A stretch of 64,000 nt of DNA, taken from assembly GCA_963704165.1 (NCBI GenBank), contig CAVPHD010000005.1:128001-192000 (forward strand), in the 5' to 3' direction. This document shows positions 20,009 through 29,473 of the stretch, piece by piece (the first letter of the stretch is position 1; the number at the start of each line of letters is the position of its first letter). The notes under the pieces were generated by a model. That model was not told where the DNA came from. It did no database searches and worked only from the letters and a program-made list of their open reading frames with translations. Made by a program: the position numbers and the translations under genes. Source of the DNA: an uncultured delta proteobacterium (lineage in GTDB: Bacteria; Myxococcota_A; UBA9160; SZUA-336).

Positions 20009-21032
20009 ATGCCAAGGCGGCTTCGCTTCGGGCTCTGGTACGACTTCCGAAACCCGCCCCGCTGGCGCCAGGATCCATCCCGGCTCTACCGAGGAATCGT
20101 CGACCAGTGCGTGCGGGCCGAAGCACTCGGCTGGGACGACGTCTGGCTCAGCGAGCACCACTTCATCGACGACGGCTACACACCGTCGATGCTTCCGCTC
20201 GCCTGTGCAATCGCGGCGCGCACTCGCACGATCCAGATCGGCACGAGCGTACTCCTGCTCCCTCTTCACGATCCGCTGCGTGTCGCCGAGGATGCCGCCA
20301 CCGTCGACGTGATGAGCGGCGGGAGGTTTCAGCTCGGCGTCGCGGGTGGATATCGAAAGGGCGAGTTCACGGGGTTCGGAGTTCCGTCGAGCGAGCGCGC
20401 CGCGCGCATGAACGAAGCGCTGCCGATCCTGCGCCGGCTCCTCGCGGGCGAGCGCGTAACGACCGGGGATGCGCGCTTCTACCGCTACACCGACGTGGAT
20501 CTCCGCCCCCTGCCGATTCAGAAGCCGATGAAGCTCTGGGTCGGGGGTCTCGGAGCCCGCGGTGCGTCGCGCCGCGCGACTCGGAGACGCGTACATCTCG
20601 ACCGGTCCGATCGCGCAGCTCGCATCGATCTATCACGACGAGCTTCGTCGCCTCGGCCGGGACCCCGAAGAGCACGAAATTGCCTCGGGCCTGACGTGGT
20701 TGCTCGTCTCGCGCGATCCCGAGCGGCGATGGCGCGAGGCCGAGGAGCATTTCCTGTACCAGATCAATCTCTATGCGAAGTGGTTCGGTGAAGCAGGGAT
20801 GCAGATCGCCGCGGTCGCGAAGAGCCGGGCCGATCTCGCGAGCCGCGGCGCGATGATCGTTTCACCCGAGCAAGCCGTCGAGGCGATCCGACGCTACGCA
20901 GCCGAGCAGCCGATCACGCGCTTCTACGGCTGGACGCTGCCGCCGGGGCTCCCCCCCGAATGGGCGGATGAGCACCTCGAACTGTTCGCGCGCGAGGTGA
21001 TCCCGAACTGCCGGGAGGTCCAGCCGTTCTAA
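20009..21032 (+). CDS. LLM class flavin-dependent oxidoreductase, one apparent frameshift
   Basis: WLSEHHF..DGY.PS, LPLHDPLRVAEDAATVD..SGGRFQLG, WVGG / RRAARLGD break near 20555, ELFAREVIP. Confidence 0.88.
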
Positions 21033-21210
21033 CAGCGGATCCGGGAAGTTGCCGGCGGCTGAACCCCGGCGAGCGGAATCTCGTCTGCGAAAGCCGATAC
21101 GGGATCCGAGTGGGAGTTCCCGGGAGTTCGTTCCCTGCGGGTGGCACACGGCTGATAGGATGGGGCTCCACCCCCGTCGGCGCCGATTCCCCGGATCGAT
21201 CCACCTTCCG

Positions 21211-23728
21211 ATGGAGTTCCTCAACCTGATCCCGAGCCGGCTCGCCACAGTCACGCTCTGGGTCGCGAGCGCGTTCGCGCTGTTCGTGCCGGGAGCGATG
21301 CGTTCGGCCGCGGATACGGTCACGTTCGAGTCGGCGGCCGGCTACAACGACCCGAACATCCCCTATCCGGGTGGGCAACAGCATGGCCCCTACGATTGGA
21401 TCGAGGGGGACGTGCGCGTCGTGGGCACCTGGGCGACGAACGTCGCGACTCCCGGCGCCGGCTATCTCCAGGGCCACACCCACATCGTCTCGAGCGGCCC
21501 GGTCTACCTCGGGCAGACCGGCAACTACATCTACTCGCACGCTTGGAACAGCGATCTCCAAGGCCTCTACATCCACTTCGAGGACAACCGGCCGTTCCGG
21601 CTCTCGTCGCTGCGCTACCGGCTCGGGAATCGCGTCTGGGAGGAGTCCTTCCCGAATGGATTGCCGTGGTCCTGGGGCTCGAACGACGGTCAGCTCCTGA
21701 TCGCGGAGACGTTCGACCCGACACTGACTCCGTTCTCCGTCTTCGAAGCGCAGTTCACGCCGTTCCCGGTCGACGACGGCTCGGTGCATCCGACCAATCC
21801 GGACAGCCCGGCCCCCACGAGCCCGTTCCGAACGCTCACGTTCGACCAGTTCAACAACGTGACGGCGGTCTACATCACCAACTCGGTGGCGCGCGTCTTC
21901 GTGGACAGCTTCGTCCTCGATCCACCGATCCAGACGATCTGTTCGAACGGTCTCGACGACGACGGAGACGGCGCGGCCGACTTTCCGGCCGATTCGGGTT
22001 GCGCCAGCGCGAACGACGCGTCCGAGCGCGGGCCCGGTCTGATCTGTGACGACGACATCGACAACGATGCCGATGGCGTGGCGGACTTCCCGGCCGACGC
22101 CGGCTGCACGAGCCCGGCCGACACGTCGGAGCGCGAGTCGACGCTGATCTGTGACGACGGGTTCGACAACGACGGCGACGGCGTCGCCGACTACCCCTTC
22201 GACCTCGGCTGCACGTCGGGTACGGACGATTCGGAGCGGGATGCGGCTCGGGTCTGCGACGACGGGGTCGACAACGACGGCGACGGCGACTCGGACTTCC
22301 CGGCGGACGCCGGCTGCACGAGCGCGGCCGATGACTCGGAGCGCGACGCGACGCGCGTCTGCGACGATGGCCTCGACAACGACGGCGACGGCGACTCGGA
22401 TTTCCCGGCGGACGGCGGGTGCGCTTCGGGCGCGGACGATTCGGAGCGGGACGCCGCACGCGTCTGCGACGACGGTCTCGACAACGACGGCGACGGCGAC
22501 TGCCGACTTCCCGCTCGACGCCGGCTGCACGATCGCGCGCGGACGATTCGGAGCGGGACGCGGCTCGGGTCTGCGACGACGGGCTCGACAACGACGGCGA
22601 CGGCGACTCGGACTTCCCGGCGGACGCCGGCTGCACGAGCGCGGCCGATGACTCGGAGCGCGACGCGACGCGCGTCTGCGACGACGGCCTCGACAACGAC
22701 GGCGACGGCGACTCGGATTTCCCGGCCGACGGCGGCTGCACTTCGGGCGCGGACGATTCGGAGCGGGACGCGGCGCGGATCTGCGACGATGGTCTCGACA
22801 ACGACGGCGACGGCACTGCGGACTTCCCGCTCGACGCCGGCTGCACGAGCGCCGCCGATGACTCGGAGCGCGACGCGACGCGCGTCTGCGACGACGGCCT
22901 CGACAACGACGGCGACGGCGATCGACTTCCCCGCCGACCCCGGCTGCGCGATCGCGGCCGATGACTCCGAGCGCGACGCGACGCGCGTCTGCGACGACGG
23001 CCTCGACAACGACGGCGACAGCGATTCGGACTTCCCCGCCGACGCCGGCTGCATCGAGCGCGGCCGACGATTCGGAGCACGACCAACGCGCGCCTGCGAC
23101 GACGGTCTCGACAACGACGGCGACGGCACTGCGACTTCCCGCTCGACGCCGGTTGCACGAGCGCCGCCGATGATTCGGAGCGCGATGCTGACGCACGTCT
23201 GCGACGATGGCCTCGACAACGACGGCGATGAGCGCTTCCGACTTCCCCGCCGATGCGGGCTGCTCGGGCGGCGCGGACGATTCCGAGCAGGACCCGGCGT
23301 TGCCCTGCGACGACGGTCTCGACAACGACGGGGATTTCGCGACGGACCATCCCGCCGACGAAGGCTGCACCGCCAGCACGGACCCATCCGAACGCGAGCC
23401 GACGCGGATCTGCGACGACGGCCTGGACAACGACGGCGATCTCGCGATCGACTTCCCGGCCGATCACGGCTGCACATCCGGCTCGGACGACTCGGAGCGC
23501 GAGAGCGGCCACGTCTGCGACGACGGTATCGACAACGACGGCGACGTCTTCGTCGACTTCCCGTTCGACTCGGACTGCGCGGACATCGACGGCGGATCCG
23601 AGGGCGAATCCGTCGCGCCCGAGGTGCCCTCGGTGGGTGGGCCGTGGCGTTGGCTGCTCGGCGCGGCGCTTCTGGCCACGCTCCTCGTCGCCTACGCCGG
23701 CAGGCGGGGTGGGCGCACGCTCGGTTGA
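21211..23728 (+). CDS. Secreted surface protein with Asp/Cys-rich tandem repeats and C-terminal sorting signal; apparent frameshifts in the repeats
   Basis: Signal-like N-terminus, about 240-aa unique domain, repeats CxDGxDNDGDGxxDFPxDxGC, end VPSVGGPWRWLLGAALLATLLVAYAGRRGGR. Confidence 0.8.
21937..23600 (+). repeat. 16 tandem 105-nt (35-aa) coding repeats
   Basis: First Cys codon of each unit at 21940, 22045, 22150, 22255, 22360, 22465, 22572, 22677, 22782, 22887, 22990, 23095, 23200, 23306, 23411, 23516. Confidence 0.92.
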
Positions 23729-23742
23729 AGCCGGTGCCGCTT

Positions 23743-25017
23743 CTAGGGAACCTCTGACTTGAAGAACGACGCGAGGTCCTGACCGGAGATCTGCTCCGCG
23801 ATCTCCCGGACGCGCGCCGTCGTGACGGTACCGCCTTCCTGCACGAGCTGGCGCGCGACGTCATCGAGACTGCGGGCTTGATCGGTGACGTCGCGAATGC
23901 GCCCATCGAGTGCGCGCAGCACCGTCACGGCGCGCGCGGTACCGGCGCCCGAAACGGTTCGGCTCCGCAGGTGCGCGGCCTCGGTGCCGCGTTCGGCGAG
24001 GAACTCGTACGCCCTCTGCAACCGCTCGGGCGACACCGTCTCGGATCGGCCGAGCGCCTGAAGCGAGTAGTACTCGGCCATTCCCTCGATCGCCCAGTCG
24101 CCATCGAAACCGGGTTGCAGGCGAAGCGCAGTGTGTATGACCTCGTGCAGGATCGGGCTCGTACCGTCCTCGCTGATCAACGGACGGTGCGCGTGCAGGA
24201 AGAGCGAGCCCGGACCCGAGAGTCCACCGCGCCACATCGGATCCCCCGCCGAAACGATCAGCAGCCGATCGGGGAGCGATCCGAACGCATCGCGCAGCGT
24301 CGGCAGCGTCCAGCGGAGAAGCGCGAGGATGTCCTGGCGATGAACACCGGCGCCGCGCGGACCCGCGATCGAGATGCGAACCCCCGCGACTTCTTCGCGG
24401 ATCACCCCGAGCACTCCCGCGATCATCCAGCCCGTCGGACGATCGAAGCGGCGCCCGGGATGTTCGACGCGATACTCCCCGCCGCGCATCTTTGCGTAGG
24501 GCGTCGCGATGCTCCAGCCCTCGGGAAGGCGAACGCGGAGCCGGGTCCGAGAGCGCGCTCCGTCCGCCGTGGTGCTCACGTGCGCCGGAGGCACGAGATC
24601 CTCACCGCGAAAGATCGCCCAGGTCTTCGCGCAACGAGCATCGTAACGGCGCGGGTCGCGGAGATGGTCGATCCTGAAGACATACTGGAGCCTTCCGCCG
24701 GAGGGCGGCGGCGTCCACGTCACGTGAGCGCCCTCCGTGGCGATCTTGCCGTCGCCACGGAACAGCAGATGTCGCTGCGGATCGATCCGGAAGCGGACCC
24801 ATTCCAGGTTCTTCGAACCGCGGCCGACCGCGAGCGTGACGTGCGCGGCGCGCTCCGTGGGCACGATCCGGGCGGTGACGTCCAAGTCGTAGATCAAGGA
24901 CTTCGGGGTCGGAGCGGGGATCGGCGCGGTCGGCTGCGTCTGCTGCGCCCGGGCGGACGCGACACCGAACTGCGACGAAGCGCAGAACAGCGCGAGCGAT
25001 AGGATTCCTGCTCTCAA
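23743..25017 (-). CDS. Secreted gluzincin-type zinc metallopeptidase-like protein
   Basis: TTG start overlapping the upstream stop (TTGA) after GAGGAG; signal peptide; ILHEVIH...WAIEGMAEYY. Confidence 0.75.
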   Translation of the reverse strand: MRAGILSLALFCASSQFGVASARAQQTQPTAPIPAPTPKSLIYDLDVTARIVPTERAAHVTLAVGRGSKNLEWVRFRIDPQRHLLFRGDGKIATEGAHVTWTPPPSGGRLQYVFRIDHLRDPRRYDARCAKTWAIFRGEDLVPPAHVSTTADGARSRTRLRVRLPEGWSIATPYAKMRGGEYRVEHPGRRFDRPTGWMIAGVLGVIREEVAGVRISIAGPRGAGVHRQDILALLRWTLPTLRDAFGSLPDRLLIVSAGDPMWRGGLSGPGSLFLHAHRPLISEDGTSPILHEVIHTALRLQPGFDGDWAIEGMAEYYSLQALGRSETVSPERLQRAYEFLAERGTEAAHLRSRTVSGAGTARAVTVLRALDGRIRDVTDQARSLDDVARQLVQEGGTVTTARVREIAEQISGQDLASFFKSEVP

Positions 25018-25973
25018 TTCCGTCGCTCCTCTCTCGCCTCGCGCGAGATCTCGGCGCCGAGCGCGATCCGTTCGGGCCAGGTCATTCCCGGTCGGACGCG
25101 CGCGTTCACCGCCTCGAGCCGCGGGGCGAGGCCCATCTGGTTCGCGATCTGGATCGCGAGTCCAGGTCGGGCATTCAGCTCCAAGATCAGCGGGCCGTGA
25201 TGCGCATCGATGACGACGTCCGCTCCGACGTAGCCGAGCTCGGTCTGGTCGCTCGCACGCACGGCGATCTCGAGCGTGCGTTCCCACTCGGGAATCGCCC
25301 GGCCGACCACCGGTTCGTGCGTATCGGGATGCACCGGAACCGGGCGTCCGTCGAGCACCGCATGGTTCGTGCGACCGGTGTCGATCTCGATGCCCGCGCC
25401 CACGGCACCCTGGTGCAGATTCGCGCGGCCGCGCGAGCGCTGTGTCGGCAGTCGCGTCATCGACATCACCGGCACCCCGCGATAGACGACGACGCGTATG
25501 TCGGGCACGCCTTCGGTCGTGATCGTGGCGAACTCCTGGTGAACCTCGAGCCGCTCCTCGGCGAACGCGACGTCGGGCTGTCCACCGAGTGCGTAAGCGC
25601 CCGAGATGATGCTCGCGGAGTGGTAGAAGAGCGCACGGCGTTCGATCCAGCGTCCGCCGGGTCGCCGGAACCATTCCCCGTCACGCTCGAGCACGACGAG
25701 GATTCCGTTTCCCATCGCTCCGTGCGCGGGTTTCAGCACGAACGACGCGTACGCGTCGAGCTCGCGCAGCATCTTGCCCACCTCGGAGTGCACGCGCGCC
25801 ACCGCGAGCACCGGTGCCGTCGGGATGCCCGCGTCGCGCAGCAGGCGCTTGGTCTCGAGCTTGTCGTCCACGCGTGGGTAGAAGCGCCGTGGATTCCAGC
25901 GCATCGTGAATTCACCGTTGCGCCGATTCATGCCGAGAACTCCCGCGGCGCGCAGCCGGCCTGCGAGCGTCAT
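25014..25973 (-). CDS. Alpha-L-glutamate ligase-like ATP-grasp protein (RimK-related)
   Basis: GVLGMNRRN, YPRVDDKLETK, FVLKPAHGAMGNGI, GVPDIRVVV, ANLHQGAVG, LELNARPGLAIQIAN. Confidence 0.92.
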   Translation of the reverse strand: MTLAGRLRAAGVLGMNRRNGEFTMRWNPRRFYPRVDDKLETKRLLRDAGIPTAPVLAVARVHSEVGKMLRELDAYASFVLKPAHGAMGNGILVVLERDGEWFRRPGGRWIERRALFYHSASIISGAYALGGQPDVAFAEERLEVHQEFATITTEGVPDIRVVVYRGVPVMSMTRLPTQRSRGRANLHQGAVGAGIEIDTGRTNHAVLDGRPVPVHPDTHEPVVGRAIPEWERTLEIAVRASDQTELGYVGADVVIDAHHGPLILELNARPGLAIQIANQMGLAPRLEAVNARVRPGMTWPERIALGAEISREAREERRN

Positions 25974-27556
25974 GGCACGCCCTCGTCGATCTGGCGCGCG
26001 AACGAGCGGAATCTCCAGAGTTCGGCCAGTCGGTAGCCGGTGTAGCCACCGATCGCGACCAGCGCCCCCATCGTCGAGATCACGAGCTCGGGAAATCCGA
26101 ACATCACGTGGACGAGGGCATCGAGACGAAAGACCGGATAGATGCAGACCGCGATCAACGTCGATGACGCGAGCCGGCGCACGGCCGCGCCTGGACCCTC
26201 TTCTGCGGACGTGATCGAGTAGCGCTCGATCAGCATCGTCAGGATCACGACCGGGAACAGGATGCTCGCGAACAGATCCTTCACCTCGTAGCTGCGTCCG
26301 AGCAGCGACTGGGCGATGATCGCGAGAACGACGACGCAGAGCAGCACGCCGAGTCGCGGGACGAGCAGGAGCTGCAGCCGATCGAGAAAGAGCCGCGAGA
26401 CGATGCCGAGCGCGATCACGGACCCGACCAGCGAGAGCCCGAGCGACAGGGACAGATCGCGAAGCGCGAGGGCGATCAGGAGCGGCATGAACGTCCCGAA
26501 CGTTCGCAGGCCGACCAGGTTCCGGAAGACCGAAATGATCAGCGCGCCGATCGGAAGCAGCAGGAGGATCCGAACCGCCTCCTGCGAACCGACGGGCAGC
26601 CGGTACAGCGAGACGGCGGCGAGCAGCGGATTCGACGGCACCATGAAGGAGGCGACCTCCTTCGCGTCGAGTGATTCGCGCAGCACGCGGTAGCGCGAGG
26701 AGATCGCTTCGAGCCCCGTTTCCTCGATCAGCGTCGAGCTTCCCGAGCGAAGCAGGAGGATGTTCGCGGGCCGCGAGCCGAAGAACCCGAGCGTCGGCGA
26801 CAGCGGAATCCAACGGCCGCCCACCCACACCTCGACCCAGACCGTTTCTCTCGCGTCGCGCTGCGCGTGCAGCCTCAAGCCCGCCGCGAGGCGCGCCGGG
26901 AATCCGACCGCGCGCAGGAGAGAGACGAGCAGCCGCGACTTCCCGACCTGGCTGCCCTCGCCGGCGGCGAGCGTGAGCAACGCGTCCGAGCTGCCGGTGG
27001 TGGCCGTGAGGATCTCGTCGGTCACGTAGCCGAGCAGCGTCCGCATCTGACCGAGGGGGTCGTTCGGCGCGGGCGGTGCGATGCTCGCGACCAACTCCCG
27101 GATCTCGGGAGCGTCGACCGGGAAGCGCGACGACGCGCGGGTATGGGCCGCGACGATGTCTTTGGTGGGCTTCTGCGCGAGATCGGTCGGAATCGGCAGG
27201 GGAATGTCGGCGAGCTGGACGCGAAATGTGTGCGAGATGCTGTGCACGCCATCGAACTTCCCGCTCCACACTCCGGTTCGTTGGCCGCGCTCGTTTCGGA
27301 TCGTGAACACCAGCCGATCGGAGGTCTGCCGCTCGTCGAAGATCTCCTGCTCGGCATCCGCGGAGGGCAACGCGACCCGTACGCTGCCGCGCTGTCCAGA
27401 TCCGCGCGCCTCGAGCTCGAGCTCGACCCGCCACAGGTTCTCGACGTTCGACGGCAGGATCGGAAGCTGCAGAACGAGCGTCTTCCAGGCGAAAATCGAC
27501 AGACCCAGCGCCGCGAGCACGCTTCCGGTGACCGTCGCTGCTCGATTCACGCGCAA
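25970..27556 (-). CDS. Inactive transglutaminase domain fused to 7TM domain
   Basis: LLRAVGFPAR...WVEVWVGGRWIPLSPT transglutaminase scaffold; SLYRLP, RNLVGLRTFGTFMP, FPVVILTMLIER, GGYTGYRLAELWRF. Confidence 0.88.
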   Translation of the reverse strand: MRVNRAATVTGSVLAALGLSIFAWKTLVLQLPILPSNVENLWRVELELEARGSGQRGSVRVALPSADAEQEIFDERQTSDRLVFTIRNERGQRTGVWSGKFDGVHSISHTFRVQLADIPLPIPTDLAQKPTKDIVAAHTRASSRFPVDAPEIRELVASIAPPAPNDPLGQMRTLLGYVTDEILTATTGSSDALLTLAAGEGSQVGKSRLLVSLLRAVGFPARLAAGLRLHAQRDARETVWVEVWVGGRWIPLSPTLGFFGSRPANILLLRSGSSTLIEETGLEAISSRYRVLRESLDAKEVASFMVPSNPLLAAVSLYRLPVGSQEAVRILLLLPIGALIISVFRNLVGLRTFGTFMPLLIALALRDLSLSLGLSLVGSVIALGIVSRLFLDRLQLLLVPRLGVLLCVVVLAIIAQSLLGRSYEVKDLFASILFPVVILTMLIERYSITSAEEGPGAAVRRLASSTLIAVCIYPVFRLDALVHVMFGFPELVISTMGALVAIGGYTGYRLAELWRFRSFARQIDEGVP

Positions 27557-27565
27557 GCCCCCGTG

Positions 27566-28681
27566 CTAATCCGGCCGCTCCTCGAGCTCGGTGCGTGCGG
27601 CGCTCAGACCTTCGTCCACGGTGGGCAGCAGGGCGGCCGGGACGTTGGCATTGCGATCCATCGGCTCGTCGGTTGCGATGTGGAAGGCGGCGAAGCCCGG
27701 CATCACGAGCTGATCGAGCGCGATGCCGATCACTCGTCCTCGATGGGACGAGCGGATCGTGGACTTCTCGTTCGAGATCGGATCGAAGACGGTGCCTAGC
27801 ACCTGGTTCGCCTTCACCATGTCGCCGAGCTTCGCGCGCGACGCGAGGATTCCGCCGTCGTCCACGCGGATCCAGCGCGCGCGGTAGTAGAGCGCGGGTT
27901 CAGGAGTCTCGGCGCTCTTTGCCGTTCGCATTCCCAGCTGCACCAACATCCGCTCGACGCCGCGCACTCCGCGCTCGATCTCGTCCGACTGGAAGCGCAT
28001 CGGCTCCCCGGCCTCGTAGGTGATCGCGGGGATGCCGGCCTCGCTCGCCGCGCGTCGCAGTGTTCCGAAGCGGCCCTCGTTGTGGATCGCGATCTCGCTG
28101 CCGAAGGCGCGCGCGAGCCTCAGGATCTCGGGCCGGCGCAGATCGCCGCGCACCTGCGGCAGATTCGTGCGGTGGAACGATCCGGAATGCACGTCCACGA
28201 GCGCGTCACAGCTGCGGATCACGCGCTCGAAGAGCGAATGCGCGAGCCGCGCGGCGCTCGAGCCACGCGGCCTGCCGGGAAAGAACCGGTTCAGGTCGCG
28301 CCGATCGGGCATGTACCGCGAGCTGCGTCGGAAGGCGGCGAGGTTCACGATCGGAATCCCGACCAGCGTGCCCTTCAGCTCGTCGGGTTTGGAGCGGTCG
28401 AGTGTACGGCGCACGACCTCGATGCCGTTCAGCTCGTCGCCGTGAATGCCGGCCGTCAGGCAGAGAACCGGCCCCGGGAGCGTGCCTGCGACGACGATCA
28501 CCGGTGTGGTGGCGTCCTCTCCGACGAACGTCTCGGACACCGGGAGCGGCAGGCGACGCTGGTCGCCGGGCGTGATGGGTTGGCCGAGGAGCTCGAGCGA
28601 CTCCGTCCGGGCAGTCCCCGCCCAGAGCGCCAGGGACGCGAGCGCGGCGATTCTCAGGCGACGAATGGACTTCCCGTGCAT
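27566..28681 (-). CDS. Secreted succinylglutamate desuccinylase/aspartoacylase (M14-like) family protein
   Basis: Signal peptide; TAGIHGDELNG, RRDLNRFFPG, VDVHSG, YEAG. Confidence 0.9.
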   Translation of the reverse strand: MHGKSIRRLRIAALASLALWAGTARTESLELLGQPITPGDQRRLPLPVSETFVGEDATTPVIVVAGTLPGPVLCLTAGIHGDELNGIEVVRRTLDRSKPDELKGTLVGIPIVNLAAFRRSSRYMPDRRDLNRFFPGRPRGSSAARLAHSLFERVIRSCDALVDVHSGSFHRTNLPQVRGDLRRPEILRLARAFGSEIAIHNEGRFGTLRRAASEAGIPAITYEAGEPMRFQSDEIERGVRGVERMLVQLGMRTAKSAETPEPALYYRARWIRVDDGGILASRAKLGDMVKANQVLGTVFDPISNEKSTIRSSHRGRVIGIALDQLVMPGFAAFHIATDEPMDRNANVPAALLPTVDEGLSAARTELEERPD

Positions 28682-28754
28682 GCGAGGGGCGGATTCCAGC
28701 CCACTTTTCCCGCCGCCGCCAGATCTGCGCGCCCTCCTCGGGGCTCGAACCGGA

Positions 28755-29366
28755 TCAGGGCTTGAGCAGGAGGCGGATTCCGTTTCGCAAGGTGGCTTCA
28801 CCCAGGTTGACGCCGGTGTCCGCGAGAGACATCGCGCCGATCCCGAGCGCGAGCAGGAGCGCCGCGGTCTGGCCGGGCTCGAGGTCGCGCCGTACCTCGC
28901 CGTTCTCCTGGGCACGCTCGACCAGCTTGCCGAGTCGTACGCCGGCCTCGCGGGAGATCTCCGCGAATCGCTGCATGAGCTTCTCGGAGCGGGCGATCGA
29001 TTCGAAGACCCGGTGCGTGGCGATCGGGAAGCTGCCGACCACAGGCCACTCGCGCCGGGCGATGAAGGCCGTGTACCGGCCGATCGCGGCGTCGAGGTCG
29101 TCACCTCCGTTCAGCCCGACCACGGCATCGAGAATTCCGGAGAGCACCCAGTCGGTCACCGCGACCACGAAGTCGTCGCGGTCCTTGAAATGCACGTAGA
29201 AGGCGCCGCGTGTGAATCCAGCTCGGGCGCAGATCGCATCGAGACTCGGTGTGTCCAGACCGTGTTCGATCAGCTCGAGCAACCCCGCTTGAAGCAGCGC
29301 CTTGCGCGTGACTCCTTTCGACTCGGCGCGGCTGAGCCGCGGCTCGACGACGGGGCTCTCTTGCAT
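28755..29366 (-). CDS. TetR/AcrR family transcriptional regulator
   Basis: TRKALLQAG...SLDAICARAGFTRGAFYVHFKDR. Confidence 0.9.
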   Translation of the reverse strand: MQESPVVEPRLSRAESKGVTRKALLQAGLLELIEHGLDTPSLDAICARAGFTRGAFYVHFKDRDDFVVAVTDWVLSGILDAVVGLNGGDDLDAAIGRYTAFIARREWPVVGSFPIATHRVFESIARSEKLMQRFAEISREAGVRLGKLVERAQENGEVRRDLEPGQTAALLLALGIGAMSLADTGVNLGEATLRNGIRLLLKP

Positions 29367-29473
29367 CTCTTCGCGCTCCTTGCGCACTCCGACGACCTTC
29401 GGTGTTTTTAACACGACTCAAATCCGCGGGTAACGCAAGTCTCCTTGCGCTCCACGGACTCGCGGGTCGGCGG

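Noticed and set aside
21937..23600. Tandem repeats as a CRISPR array
   Set aside because: Units are 105-nt coding repeats with no unique spacers, and no cas genes are present.
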